From a virus (lineage: Duplodnaviria; Caudoviricetes): a stretch of DNA of 60,840 bases. The notes under the pieces were generated by a model. That model was not told where the DNA came from. It searched no databases and saw only the letters and a list, made by a program, of their open reading frames with translations. Position 1 is the stretch's first letter, and every line of letters begins with the position of its first letter. This document shows positions 1 to 8,010 of this stretch, piece by piece. The stretch covers positions 1-60,840 of IMG/VR virus record IMGVR_UViG_3300009506_000030, one strand, 5' to 3'. A program made the position numbers and the translations under genes.

Positions 1-61
1 AAAATAGGAAATATTATAATATTAATGATAATAAAATTGAAAATAAATATCCTGAAATTTA

Positions 62-90
62 TTGACATGAATGGGATTCAAGTGTACCTT
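62..90 (+). promoter_or_regulatory. sigma70-type promoter
   Basis: TTGACA-17 nt-TACCTT upstream of the ORF at 152. Confidence 0.45.
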
Positions 91-151
91 TGGATAGAAT
101 TAAATATAAAAGCAAAAACGATTTATTAATGCATATAGAAAGGAGAAGAAT

Positions 152-361
152 ATGAAAAAGATAAGTGATATATTTATTTTTATTGCAGCATTCTGGTTGG
201 GTATGTATGTTATCGGGTGGTTGGTAGTTCCCATGTTTGGCTTGATACCAAAGACATTGGAAGATATTGTTGTATTACAGGCATTTAAGATGATAGGTAT
301 AACAGGTATAGCAATAGCGTATATTATTGCATTGTTTGATATTGTTAAATATAAAAGATAA
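152..361 (+). CDS. small membrane protein (2 predicted TM helices)
   Basis: AGGAG RBS; two hydrophobic stretches. Confidence 0.65.
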   Translation: MKKISDIFIFIAAFWLGMYVIGWLVVPMFGLIPKTLEDIVVLQAFKMIGITGIAIAYIIALFDIVKYKR

Positions 362-372
362 AGGAGATTGTT

Positions 373-510
373 ATGGAACAGATTTTACAGAAACTGGAAA
401 ACATGCTTAAAAATTACCTGGATCAGATTGAAGAGAAGCCGTTTAAGACAGTGTTAATTACAATGTTTATTTATTATTTGTTTACTGCAATGAATAAGAA
501 AAGTAAGTAA
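373..510 (+). CDS. hypothetical 45 aa protein (MEQILQKLENM...)
   Basis: Not in ORF track; AAGGAG RBS before ATG 373, TAA at 508-510. Confidence 0.55.
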   Translation: MEQILQKLENMLKNYLDQIEEKPFKTVLITMFIYYLFTAMNKKSK

Positions 511-678
511 TGACACCTGCTCTGTATAAAAGCAGAGAGGGAAGGTGGGTGGGATAAGAGGTGTCATATTGATACAATTGAATGGTATTAACACACAATT
601 GGGGCAGGTGATGGAGTGCGGTGGAGTGAGGGGAATGGAAGATGGGGATGCCTGAGGAATATGGCAAGAAGTTGCAAC

Positions 679-947
679 CTGACCCTGCCCCAGTAAAGGA
701 GGAAGTTATGAAGATAAAAGACATATTGGCTGAATGGTGTATGGGAGATGATGCACACATGCTTTTATATCCACAAGTCATTGATGATAGGAATGTGTCT
801 GCTGATAAAAAACAGTCTGGACTATATAGGGCATCGTCTCTATTAAAGCACCTAGAAAATAATGGATTGGAAATAGTTAGGAAACAGCAACCATGCACCT
901 GTGAAAGGTGTACTACAAACACTGACCCTGCCCCAGTAAAGGAGGAA
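679..947 (+). repeat. 26-bp direct repeat CTGACCCTGCCCCAGTAAAGGAGGAA (679-704 and 922-947) bracketing one gene
   Basis: Two exact copies, each containing the AAGGAGG RBS of the following gene. Confidence 0.9.
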
Positions 948-950
948 TGA
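708..950 (+). CDS. hypothetical protein (likely start 708, not 642)
   Basis: AAGGAGG RBS precedes ATG 708. Confidence 0.6.
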   Translation: MKIKDILAEWCMGDDAHMLLYPQVIDDRNVSADKKQSGLYRASSLLKHLENNGLEIVRKQQPCTCERCTTNTDPAPVKEE

Positions 951-1273
951 TGGGAGAAACAAAATCAAACTATACTGATAGTGCTAATAGATTTTATAAT
1001 AATGTTGAACTTCTAAGTAGTGAGTACAATAAACTTGAGCAGGAACTGGCAGACTGTAAAGCACAATATAAAGAACTTGAAGAAAAATGTGATACAATGA
1101 ATGCTATTAATTTTGATTTGGTAAATGAAGCAAATGGCAAATTGGCAGAACTCAAGCAGTTGGTGAAAGAATATAGGGCTGCTAGAAGGAAGGCAGCCAT
1201 CACGACAGATCAATTGGATTACCATGCTATGTGGGAAATAGATAAAAGACTGGGAAAAGCAGTGGAGGAATGA
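947..1273 (+). CDS. coiled-coil hypothetical protein
   Basis: RBS within the repeat; ATGA overlap; heptad-like E/K/L-rich sequence. Confidence 0.7.
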   Translation: MMGETKSNYTDSANRFYNNVELLSSEYNKLEQELADCKAQYKELEEKCDTMNAINFDLVNEANGKLAELKQLVKEYRAARRKAAITTDQLDYHAMWEIDKRLGKAVEE

Positions 1274-1386
1274 TGTGGGAAAAGATATTTTATACTATCA
1301 TGTTAGTTTTGATATTTTGCCTTGGCTATAATTACGGATACTATAAAGCATTGATCAATTTTTTAAATGGTAAATATGACAAATAG
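1273..1386 (+). CDS. small membrane protein (MWEKIFYTIMLVLIFCLG...)
   Basis: GGAGG RBS, overlap with previous stop, one hydrophobic helix. Confidence 0.5.
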   Translation: MWEKIFYTIMLVLIFCLGYNYGYYKALINFLNGKYDK

Positions 1387-1449
1387 CAAGACCAACAGTT
1401 TGCAATGGTAGGATGCAAGTTCGGTGACATGCTTTTCTGATTATTATAT

Positions 1450-1668
1450 ATGCCATACCAAAAACAACCCTGTAGCAAGTCAAATCCAAACCATCCAGGG
1501 TATAATCATAAAAAGTTCATGAAATCGTTAGAAGGGTTTATAACAGAGAAAACAAGAAAATTGTTTTTCTGTGAAGGAAGAAAGGAAGATCCTAAGAAAA
1601 ATGAGCCTAAAAGATCCAAACGACAAAAGCGTGTATCAAAAGAAAAAATTCTTGACAAGGAAATTTAG
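1450..1668 (+). CDS. hypothetical basic protein
   Basis: ORF track; overlaps the next ORF. Confidence 0.4.
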   Translation: MPYQKQPCSKSNPNHPGYNHKKFMKSLEGFITEKTRKLFFCEGRKEDPKKNEPKRSKRQKRVSKEKILDKEI

Positions 1669-1918
1669 CCATGGTAGGATAACTATTGAAGATTGGCATA
1701 AAGTTATAAATGTTTCTAATGGATATCTAGAAATAGAGAGTAATTATTCATCACAATTCGACCCTGATGGTAGATTGAGTATTATTATACGTGGTGGTAA
1801 ATGGAGCCTTGATGATAAGAAAAGAACACCTAAAAATGCTGCAACTTTTAGATTTGATGATAATGAAACTAATGAACGAATGATCAATGCAGTGGTGGAT
1901 TATGTCAAAAAACCTTGA
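1571..1918 (+). CDS. hypothetical protein (start possibly ATG 1601)
   Basis: ORF track; fits packed + strand operon. Confidence 0.55.
   Translation: MKEERKILRKMSLKDPNDKSVYQKKKFLTRKFSHGRITIEDWHKVINVSNGYLEIESNYSSQFDPDGRLSIIIRGGKWSLDDKKRTPKNAATFRFDDNETNERMINAVVDYVKKP
1652..1680 (+). promoter_or_regulatory. sigma70-type promoter upstream of the replication genes
   Basis: TTGACA-17 nt-TAGGAT with TG extension. Confidence 0.5.
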
Positions 1919-2300
1919 AATAAAAGAGATTTTTAATCATTGGAACCATAGTAATATTATTGTACATAAAAGACTTGACAAGGTAATGGCTAAAGTGATA
2001 GAATCAGTGCTTAAAGATGGTTATGATAAAGATGAACTCAAAGAAGCTATAACCTTGTACGCACAAGTATTGCACCATCCAGATACACGATGGACCTACA
2101 AATGGAGGATAGAAGAGTTTTTCAAAAGAACACCAGGGTTTAGGCATTTCCTTCCAGAATCAGAACCGCTAGAAAAGTTTACCAGGGCTGGCCTCTCCTT
2201 TGAATCGGGTGGTGCAACCCCTCCAGCATCATCCGTTTCTCCAGCCCTTAAAGAAAAGTTTCTCAAAGAAAAAAGAGAGTTTTTGCATGATAAACATTAA
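1902..2300 (+). CDS. putative replication initiator / helicase-loader-like protein
   Basis: EIFNHWN...ELKEAI...W pattern resembles phage replication protein C-terminal domains; lies upstream of the helicase. Confidence 0.5.
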   Translation: MSKNLEIKEIFNHWNHSNIIVHKRLDKVMAKVIESVLKDGYDKDELKEAITLYAQVLHHPDTRWTYKWRIEEFFKRTPGFRHFLPESEPLEKFTRAGLSFESGGATPPASSVSPALKEKFLKEKREFLHDKH

Positions 2301-2466
2301 TGCTTACAAGGTTGAGGATGGTAAGATACAGTTTGGCAAGCCTATACTGATAGAAGTTGTTGCTGGTGGAGACGTGTTTTGTGCTTTAACTATTGAAGAT
2401 ACTACAGTAGTTGCACGTTCAGACGATATAATAACAGCAGTACAGGCAGCTAAAAAAAATGATTGA
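2287..2466 (+). CDS. hypothetical protein
   Basis: In-frame ATG 2287 of track ORF 2200..2466; fills the gap with overlaps at both ends. Confidence 0.5.
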   Translation: MININAYKVEDGKIQFGKPILIEVVAGGDVFCALTIEDTTVVARSDDIITAVQAAKKND

Positions 2467-3256
2467 AGAAGATTTTCTGGACAAGAATCATCCAGATGGT
2501 GAAATAGTATCTTCCCTTCAATATATAGAGTATCTTGATACCTATGTTCCTGATAAACCTCCCTTGTATTTGGGCATGCCAATGCTTGATAAATTTATGG
2601 GGGGAGCAGTCCCTGGTGAATTGTGGGTACTATCAGGACCGTCAAAGCATGGAAAAAGCACTTTCATGCGCACTATTATAAAAGAATACTTTAAGCAGAA
2701 TCACCTTTCAGCTGTCTTTTCATTTGAGGAGAGTGAGAAAGAATTCTTTAAAAAGTATGAGGGATTTGAAAAAGAATTATTGTTTTACCTGCCAAGGGTT
2801 AAATATGCTTTTGATGTAGACAAGACATTTGAACAGGCTCAGGAAGCAATAGATAAATATGGTATAGAAGTTCTTTTTATTGATAGCGGTCAAAAAATGG
2901 TTAGAGATCTGCAGGACAGCAAATCTACACAAGCTGTTGCAGCAGATTTTTCTGCACGATTAAAAGAATTTACAAGGACAAGAGATCTTGTTACATGGCT
3001 GGTATGGCATATTAAAAAGGAAAATGTATCATTAAAAGAGCTTAATTATTCCTTATTACGTGATACTGGAAGACTGTATAATGAGCTTGATGGACTTATA
3101 TTCATGTACAGAGAAGAGAAATCAGAAGGACTGACTAAAACTCAGGAGAATTGGCTTAAGATAACTGCTACCAGAAGATCTGGAGTATGGGATGAGATGG
3201 TTCCTATTGTAAAAAGAGGACCTTATTTTAAGGAGCTTGAAGTAGAAGATGTCTGA
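2459..3256 (+). CDS. DnaB-like (SF4/RecA-fold) helicase, C-terminal ATPase domain only
   Basis: LDKFMGG..PGEL, Walker A GPSKHGKST, FSFEE, Walker B LFID, WH, LRDTG motifs. Confidence 0.85.
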   Translation: MIEEDFLDKNHPDGEIVSSLQYIEYLDTYVPDKPPLYLGMPMLDKFMGGAVPGELWVLSGPSKHGKSTFMRTIIKEYFKQNHLSAVFSFEESEKEFFKKYEGFEKELLFYLPRVKYAFDVDKTFEQAQEAIDKYGIEVLFIDSGQKMVRDLQDSKSTQAVAADFSARLKEFTRTRDLVTWLVWHIKKENVSLKELNYSLLRDTGRLYNELDGLIFMYREEKSEGLTKTQENWLKITATRRSGVWDEMVPIVKRGPYFKELEVEDV

Positions 3257-3521
3257 AGATGTGGATAGATGGATGGAAGAGAATACATTTTATTGTTCTT
3301 TTAAAAAAGCACGTTTAACTGATAAGCAGTGTTCATATGAAATGGCTAAGTCTACCTATTTGTCTATGGGACAATGCAGGGAATGTGCTAAGTTTGTGTA
3401 CCCCTCTCAAGAAGAGAGGGATAAGGTAAAATTTGTTAAATTCAACAGAATGGATTTTGGACGTGGCAAAAAAAGAAAGAGTGTATCAGGAACACCATCC
3501 AAGCAGAGAGTTATTTCCTAA
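3249..3521 (+). CDS. hypothetical Cys-containing protein
   Basis: ORF track; overlaps helicase stop. Confidence 0.6.
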   Translation: MSEDVDRWMEENTFYCSFKKARLTDKQCSYEMAKSTYLSMGQCRECAKFVYPSQEERDKVKFVKFNRMDFGRGKKRKSVSGTPSKQRVIS

Positions 3522-3676
3522 TTATACCTTATTGCTTCCTAATTGGCTTCATCTTGTTATTACTAAATTACAGGGTATGAAAGCTACAGAAGAGAACTTT
3601 TTTATCATTTGCAATATGGCAGAATCAGTTGATTGGGTGAAAAAGCTGATGTTTATTGAATTGTCAGGGAGGGAAA

Positions 3677-4111
3677 ATGAAAAATATAATCCGTAGGGTC
3701 CCTATTAATGCAACAGCAGCTAGGGTTGTTGGTAAAGGGATTCATTATAAACCAAAGAAAAAAACATATACAGCAATTAGTTATGATGCTCCTCCAGCCA
3801 CATATAAGGTTCATTCTGGATTGAGCAGGGATTTAACAGGCATGCGAAGAGGGAAAACTGTTGTTGTTGGATACTTGGGTCGTAATTCAAAGAATTATGG
3901 TAAAAGAGTTGAACAATTATGGCTTGTACGTTGTGATTGTGGAAAATACGAACAAAGAAATGGTTATAGATATTATAAACATAGAGATAAGCCAGATCAA
4001 TGCTCCGAATGTGATAATTTACTGCATTTAAAATGGTTAGATCAACAAAACCAAGAAAAATATATTCTTACAAGAAAAGAAGAAGAGGATGCCTCGACCC
4101 CCAGCTTATAA
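3677..4111 (+). CDS. zinc-binding protein resembling the N-terminal domain of phage HNH/AP2-type proteins
   Basis: DLTG...VVGY...WLVRCDCG...CSEC; GGAGG RBS before ATG 3677. Confidence 0.55.
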   Translation: MKNIIRRVPINATAARVVGKGIHYKPKKKTYTAISYDAPPATYKVHSGLSRDLTGMRRGKTVVVGYLGRNSKNYGKRVEQLWLVRCDCGKYEQRNGYRYYKHRDKPDQCSECDNLLHLKWLDQQNQEKYILTRKEEEDASTPSL

Positions 4112-4775
4112 AATAGGTGATAAAAAAGTACCAGGAACGACCACTCCCATTAACCAATGGGGGGGAAATGAAAAGATTAATAACCTCTGTGATTGGGCGC
4201 AAAGATTAGCAGTTAACTATGAATACTGTGATGGTGAGCTTATTCATATTCCCAAATACTGGGTTGCAGAACGTGATGCACGTGGAGCAGTTGGTACACT
4301 TACTCATGCACTCTGGAGCAAACATATAGATAGAATGCAACCAGACCCTGATTACTCCAAGGCAACAATAGAACAGAGAGATGAAGCCCTGCTGCTCTTT
4401 GCAGATCTTAAGAAATGGCTTGTAAAAAATCCTCTCAATATAATAGCAATAGAAGAACCTCTGGTATCAAGAAAATACAAGTATGGAGGTACTCCAGATG
4501 TTATAGCAAATAAAATAGTAGATGTAAAGACTGGATTTGTAAATGAATTTACCTGTATGCTCCAGCTTTCAGCTTACAATAATTTAGCTATAGAAAATGG
4601 CTTGACAAGTGATAACCTTGATGGTATTATCTTACAACCATATGAGGGAAAGGTAAGGGAATATTATTTTTCTGCTAAAACATTAAGTGATCATTTCGAT
4701 ACATTTCTTGCGTTATTGAAAGTATATAATGATGATAAAAAATTTGATTATCTGAGGAAAAAGAAATGGAAATAG
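4089..4775 (+). CDS. PD-(D/E)XK exonuclease (recombination nuclease)
   Basis: GTLTH, GGTPD, DVKTG, QLSAY motifs; next to ERF gene. Confidence 0.8.
   Translation: MPRPPAYKIGDKKVPGTTTPINQWGGNEKINNLCDWAQRLAVNYEYCDGELIHIPKYWVAERDARGAVGTLTHALWSKHIDRMQPDPDYSKATIEQRDEALLLFADLKKWLVKNPLNIIAIEEPLVSRKYKYGGTPDVIANKIVDVKTGFVNEFTCMLQLSAYNNLAIENGLTSDNLDGIILQPYEGKVREYYFSAKTLSDHFDTFLALLKVYNDDKKFDYLRKKKWK
4602..4630 (+). promoter_or_regulatory. internal sigma70-type promoter
   Basis: TTGACA-17 nt-TATTAT with TG extension, upstream of the ERF gene. Confidence 0.5.
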
Positions 4776-4921
4776 ATCCAGAAATGGAAGAGTTCATAAA
4801 AAGAACTGAAGAGTTTAACAAAAATTATGATACAAGTCATGGCGATATTGATCGCTTATTTAACGATTTGATGTTTGAGAACTGGCTATACCATTTAGGG
4901 AGGGAAGACGATGGGAGATAA
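4766..4921 (+). CDS. hypothetical 51 aa protein
   Basis: Not in ORF track; GAGG RBS; overlaps both neighbours. Confidence 0.5.
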   Translation: MEIDPEMEEFIKRTEEFNKNYDTSHGDIDRLFNDLMFENWLYHLGREDDGR

Positions 4922-5906
4922 AAAATCATTAGTTGAAATTTTGATAGAGGTTGGGAGTAGAATAAATGTACCTAAAAGCAGATGGAACCAATTTGGGAAA
5001 TATAATTATAGGAGTGCAGAAGATATTTGGACTGCTGCCAAGCCATTGCTTGCAGAACATGGTGTTTATGTTTATGCCAGCGATAGAGTTGAAAATGTAG
5101 GAAAATTTAATTACCAAGTATGTAAGCTTTCTGTCACTGATGATCAAAGTCTTTCGAGATGTATGTGGGTGGAAGGATGGGCGAGAGAAGACGATAGTAG
5201 AAAGGGAATGGATTCTCCCCAGTTGTCGGGCAGTGCTTCAAGTTATGCATGTAAAAGAGCATGGAATAACCTTTTGGGACTTGACGATTGTAAGGATTCA
5301 GATGCAACTAATCAGCACGATTATGTTGATAGTGAAGAAACAGAGGAAGAAGATATTGTTTTTAAAAAAAATGCTGAGGTACAATTATCTGCTTTAGTTA
5401 GTTTAATGGAAGATACAGGTTTTAACTTGTTGTCAGAAAGTTTTTGTTCATTCTTGCGTGATAAAGGAATGGTTAACGTTGATAAAATTGAACATCTCAC
5501 TTATGATCAGGCATCGGTCTTATTCGAAAACTTAGGTGAAACAGTAGTTGCTTTTTATTCCAATAAGAGCAAGCATAAGGAGATAATGGATGAATTCAAT
5601 AAGATAAAATCCAAAGAAGCTAAGAAGAAAATATTGGAACATATGGAAATGATGATACCAGAAATAAACAACAAGGTAGAATATGAATCATTAGCCGATG
5701 GAGCTTTAAATGATTATTTTAGACTTTATCTAATGACAATACATGACCAGGAGGTGAATAAGATAAGAGATGAAAGTCAAAAGATAGGGCTTACTACAGA
5801 AGAAGCAATAGGTGCTATAGAAAAACTTGGCATGAAACCTAAAGTAAGGGAGAAGATAAAACCAAAAAACAAAGAGTTTGAGAAGGTAGACACAAGTTAT
5901 CTTTAA
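4911..5906 (+). CDS. erf: ERF-family single-strand annealing recombinase
   Basis: PKSRWNQFGKYNYRSAEDI, KGMDSPQLSGSASSYA..A...LLGLDD.KDSD signatures. Confidence 0.9.
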   Translation: MGDKKSLVEILIEVGSRINVPKSRWNQFGKYNYRSAEDIWTAAKPLLAEHGVYVYASDRVENVGKFNYQVCKLSVTDDQSLSRCMWVEGWAREDDSRKGMDSPQLSGSASSYACKRAWNNLLGLDDCKDSDATNQHDYVDSEETEEEDIVFKKNAEVQLSALVSLMEDTGFNLLSESFCSFLRDKGMVNVDKIEHLTYDQASVLFENLGETVVAFYSNKSKHKEIMDEFNKIKSKEAKKKILEHMEMMIPEINNKVEYESLADGALNDYFRLYLMTIHDQEVNKIRDESQKIGLTTEEAIGAIEKLGMKPKVREKIKPKNKEFEKVDTSYL

Positions 5907-5921
5907 TCGCAAGGAGGAATT

Positions 5922-6116
5922 ATGGCAGATAAAGAAAAAAAATACCGTATTGTTGGCAATGGATGGAAGAAAGAAACGAAAGATGGTAAAATATTTTTAT
6001 CACTTAATTTTAAGGAAGCTATACCAGCAGAAACAGCTGCCTTTATGTTTCCCAATGACTATAAAAGAAAGGGGAAGGATGATCCTGACTGGGTTATCAA
6101 TATAAAAAATGAGTAA
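5922..6116 (+). CDS. small ssDNA-binding-like protein (DUF736-like)
   Basis: G.GWKK..KDGK.FLS...N..K....PDW pattern; follows the recombinase. Confidence 0.55.
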   Translation: MADKEKKYRIVGNGWKKETKDGKIFLSLNFKEAIPAETAAFMFPNDYKRKGKDDPDWVINIKNE

Positions 6117-6843
6117 AAAAAAGAAAAAGAAACAAAAAGATAAGCGTGTACTTCCTAAGTATCAACCAAAGGATGACATAAGTACACCTGTGAAGCAGTC
6201 TAATATAAAAAAGATTATTTGTGTAGATTGCCCAAAAGATCCTTACATGATCATTAAGTATGATTCATGTGTTGCATGTGAGCATCATAAGGACGGAACA
6301 TGTAATTTTACAGTACCTAAAAAGAAAATAGCTATTGTTTCACCTTCTACACCAATGAAATTTAACAGGTCATTCTTTGCTTCTGCTTCTGAAGAGATTG
6401 CAAACTCAACCAGAAGTTATTATTTGCATACTCCCATTATGCATGATGTTAAGAACATAAAGGGATACCCTAATTACAGTAAAATAAGGGGAATGTTTTT
6501 ATTGGGTGAGTTCAGAGATAAACAACAAAAAGACAATGAAAAAGTTTTTTTAAATTGCAAAAGTATTAACCCATTAATTCTCATGTATGAGCAGCAGGAA
6601 TGCGATCCAGACATGATTATTGATGGGAAGTATTACAAAATTGAAGAAAGAGGAGGCGTGGTAGAAGGTGAGTTCGAAGTGCTTTACTATTTTTATGATA
6701 TGTGGAGCCTTGATGGTTTTGCAGATATCCAAATAAGGGGGAGGTGGTATAAAATAAAAACATCACCAATAAAAGATTCACAGGAAAATTTAGTGCTAAT
6801 AAGACAAAACAATACCGTTATTATAGGAGAAAGAAAAAAATGA
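6109..6843 (+). CDS. hypothetical protein with Cys cluster
   Basis: ORF track 244 aa, overlapping neighbours. Confidence 0.7.
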   Translation: MSKKKKKKQKDKRVLPKYQPKDDISTPVKQSNIKKIICVDCPKDPYMIIKYDSCVACEHHKDGTCNFTVPKKKIAIVSPSTPMKFNRSFFASASEEIANSTRSYYLHTPIMHDVKNIKGYPNYSKIRGMFLLGEFRDKQQKDNEKVFLNCKSINPLILMYEQQECDPDMIIDGKYYKIEERGGVVEGEFEVLYYFYDMWSLDGFADIQIRGRWYKIKTSPIKDSQENLVLIRQNNTVIIGERKK

Positions 6844-7220
6844 AAAAAATACTGTTCTCACTAATGCTAACCATGTTTACTGTATCAGCTTATGGAGCTA
6901 CGGTAAATTACCAGGCAACATGGGATGCCAATACAGAATCAGACTTGGCAGGATATAAACTGTATATCAACAATAATAATGTAATTGATGTCGGTAATGT
7001 TACTTCATACGATGGTTCAATTGAAGTTCCAGATAATGCAGTTACCGATATTAAGTTTGAATTAACAGCATATGATGTTTCAAACAATGAAAGTGAAAGA
7101 TCAGATTCAGTTACATTGACTGTTGACTTTGAGCCTCCTTCCAAGCCTACTGGATTAGTGGCTAAGATAATAGAGATAATAGTTTCTTTCTTTAAAGCTG
7201 TTATTCATTTTTTCGCCTGA
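6840..7220 (+). CDS. exported fibronectin type III domain protein
   Basis: Signal peptide MKKILFSLMLTMFTVSAYG; WDANTESDLAGYKLY and TAYD..NES FN3 motifs; hydrophobic C-terminus. Confidence 0.75.
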   Translation: MKKILFSLMLTMFTVSAYGATVNYQATWDANTESDLAGYKLYINNNNVIDVGNVTSYDGSIEVPDNAVTDIKFELTAYDVSNNESERSDSVTLTVDFEPPSKPTGLVAKIIEIIVSFFKAVIHFFA

Positions 7221-7235
7221 TATGGAGGTTTATCT

Positions 7236-7436
7236 TTGGAAGTTGATTGGAAAGAAAGATTCATAAATCTGAAAAGAAAAGTTACAAACTATTATCGTGC
7301 TCTAGATAGATTTGGGGCAGAAGATAATCCTACTGAAGAACTTTATTTAGAGTTTGCCAAGCACGATACCAGATTGAGAAATGTTTCTGGATATAGAGTT
7401 CCACCTGATGTTATTAAAAAAAGGAGGAATAAATGA
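7236..7436 (+). CDS. hypothetical protein
   Basis: GGAGG RBS before TTG start. Confidence 0.6.
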   Translation: MEVDWKERFINLKRKVTNYYRALDRFGAEDNPTEELYLEFAKHDTRLRNVSGYRVPPDVIKKRRNK

Positions 7437-7514
7437 ACACTAAATGTATTCATGGATTCATGAGAAAGGATGAATGTGCTCGTTGCTTAGGCATGTATGA
7501 ATATATAAAAGATA

Positions 7515-8006
7515 GTGAGGCTAAGAAGGATGAAGATAGACATATCAGATTACAAACCATACGACACAATGAACAGCCCAAAGCTGTGGGAAAAGGTTGA
7601 GCACTTCAATGCTTTTGAAGATTGGGGAGATCCTTACAAGATGTGGGTAATTTTAATTTATCACCTTGATTCTTTTAGGGAGTATTTAAAAAAACCGCTT
7701 ATTGTTCACTGTGGTTGGGAAATGAGAGATTCTGGCTGGCATCCTGCAGGAGCAGCAGTTGATCTTCATTGTCCATCACTATCATATAAGGATCTTGCAT
7801 TTAAAGCAATGCAGTTTACCTTTACTGGAATAGGACTGTATCCATGCTGGAACAATCCAGGGGTCCATTTAGATGTAAGGCCATTAGCAGATAATGATAA
7901 AAAAAGAAAATTATGGTACAGGCATGAATGGATGGACGGCAATATACTTAAAAAACAATATTACAATATAGAAGACTTAAGCACTCTGGCAATTCTGCCA
8001 GACTAA
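7515..8006 (+). CDS. Peptidase M15-family endolysin
   Basis: LD.FRE, S.WH..G.AVD, FTGIGLY, HLDVR zinc-peptidase motifs. Confidence 0.8.
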   Translation: MRLRRMKIDISDYKPYDTMNSPKLWEKVEHFNAFEDWGDPYKMWVILIYHLDSFREYLKKPLIVHCGWEMRDSGWHPAGAAVDLHCPSLSYKDLAFKAMQFTFTGIGLYPCWNNPGVHLDVRPLADNDKKRKLWYRHEWMDGNILKKQYYNIEDLSTLAILPD

Positions 8007-8010
8007 TGGG

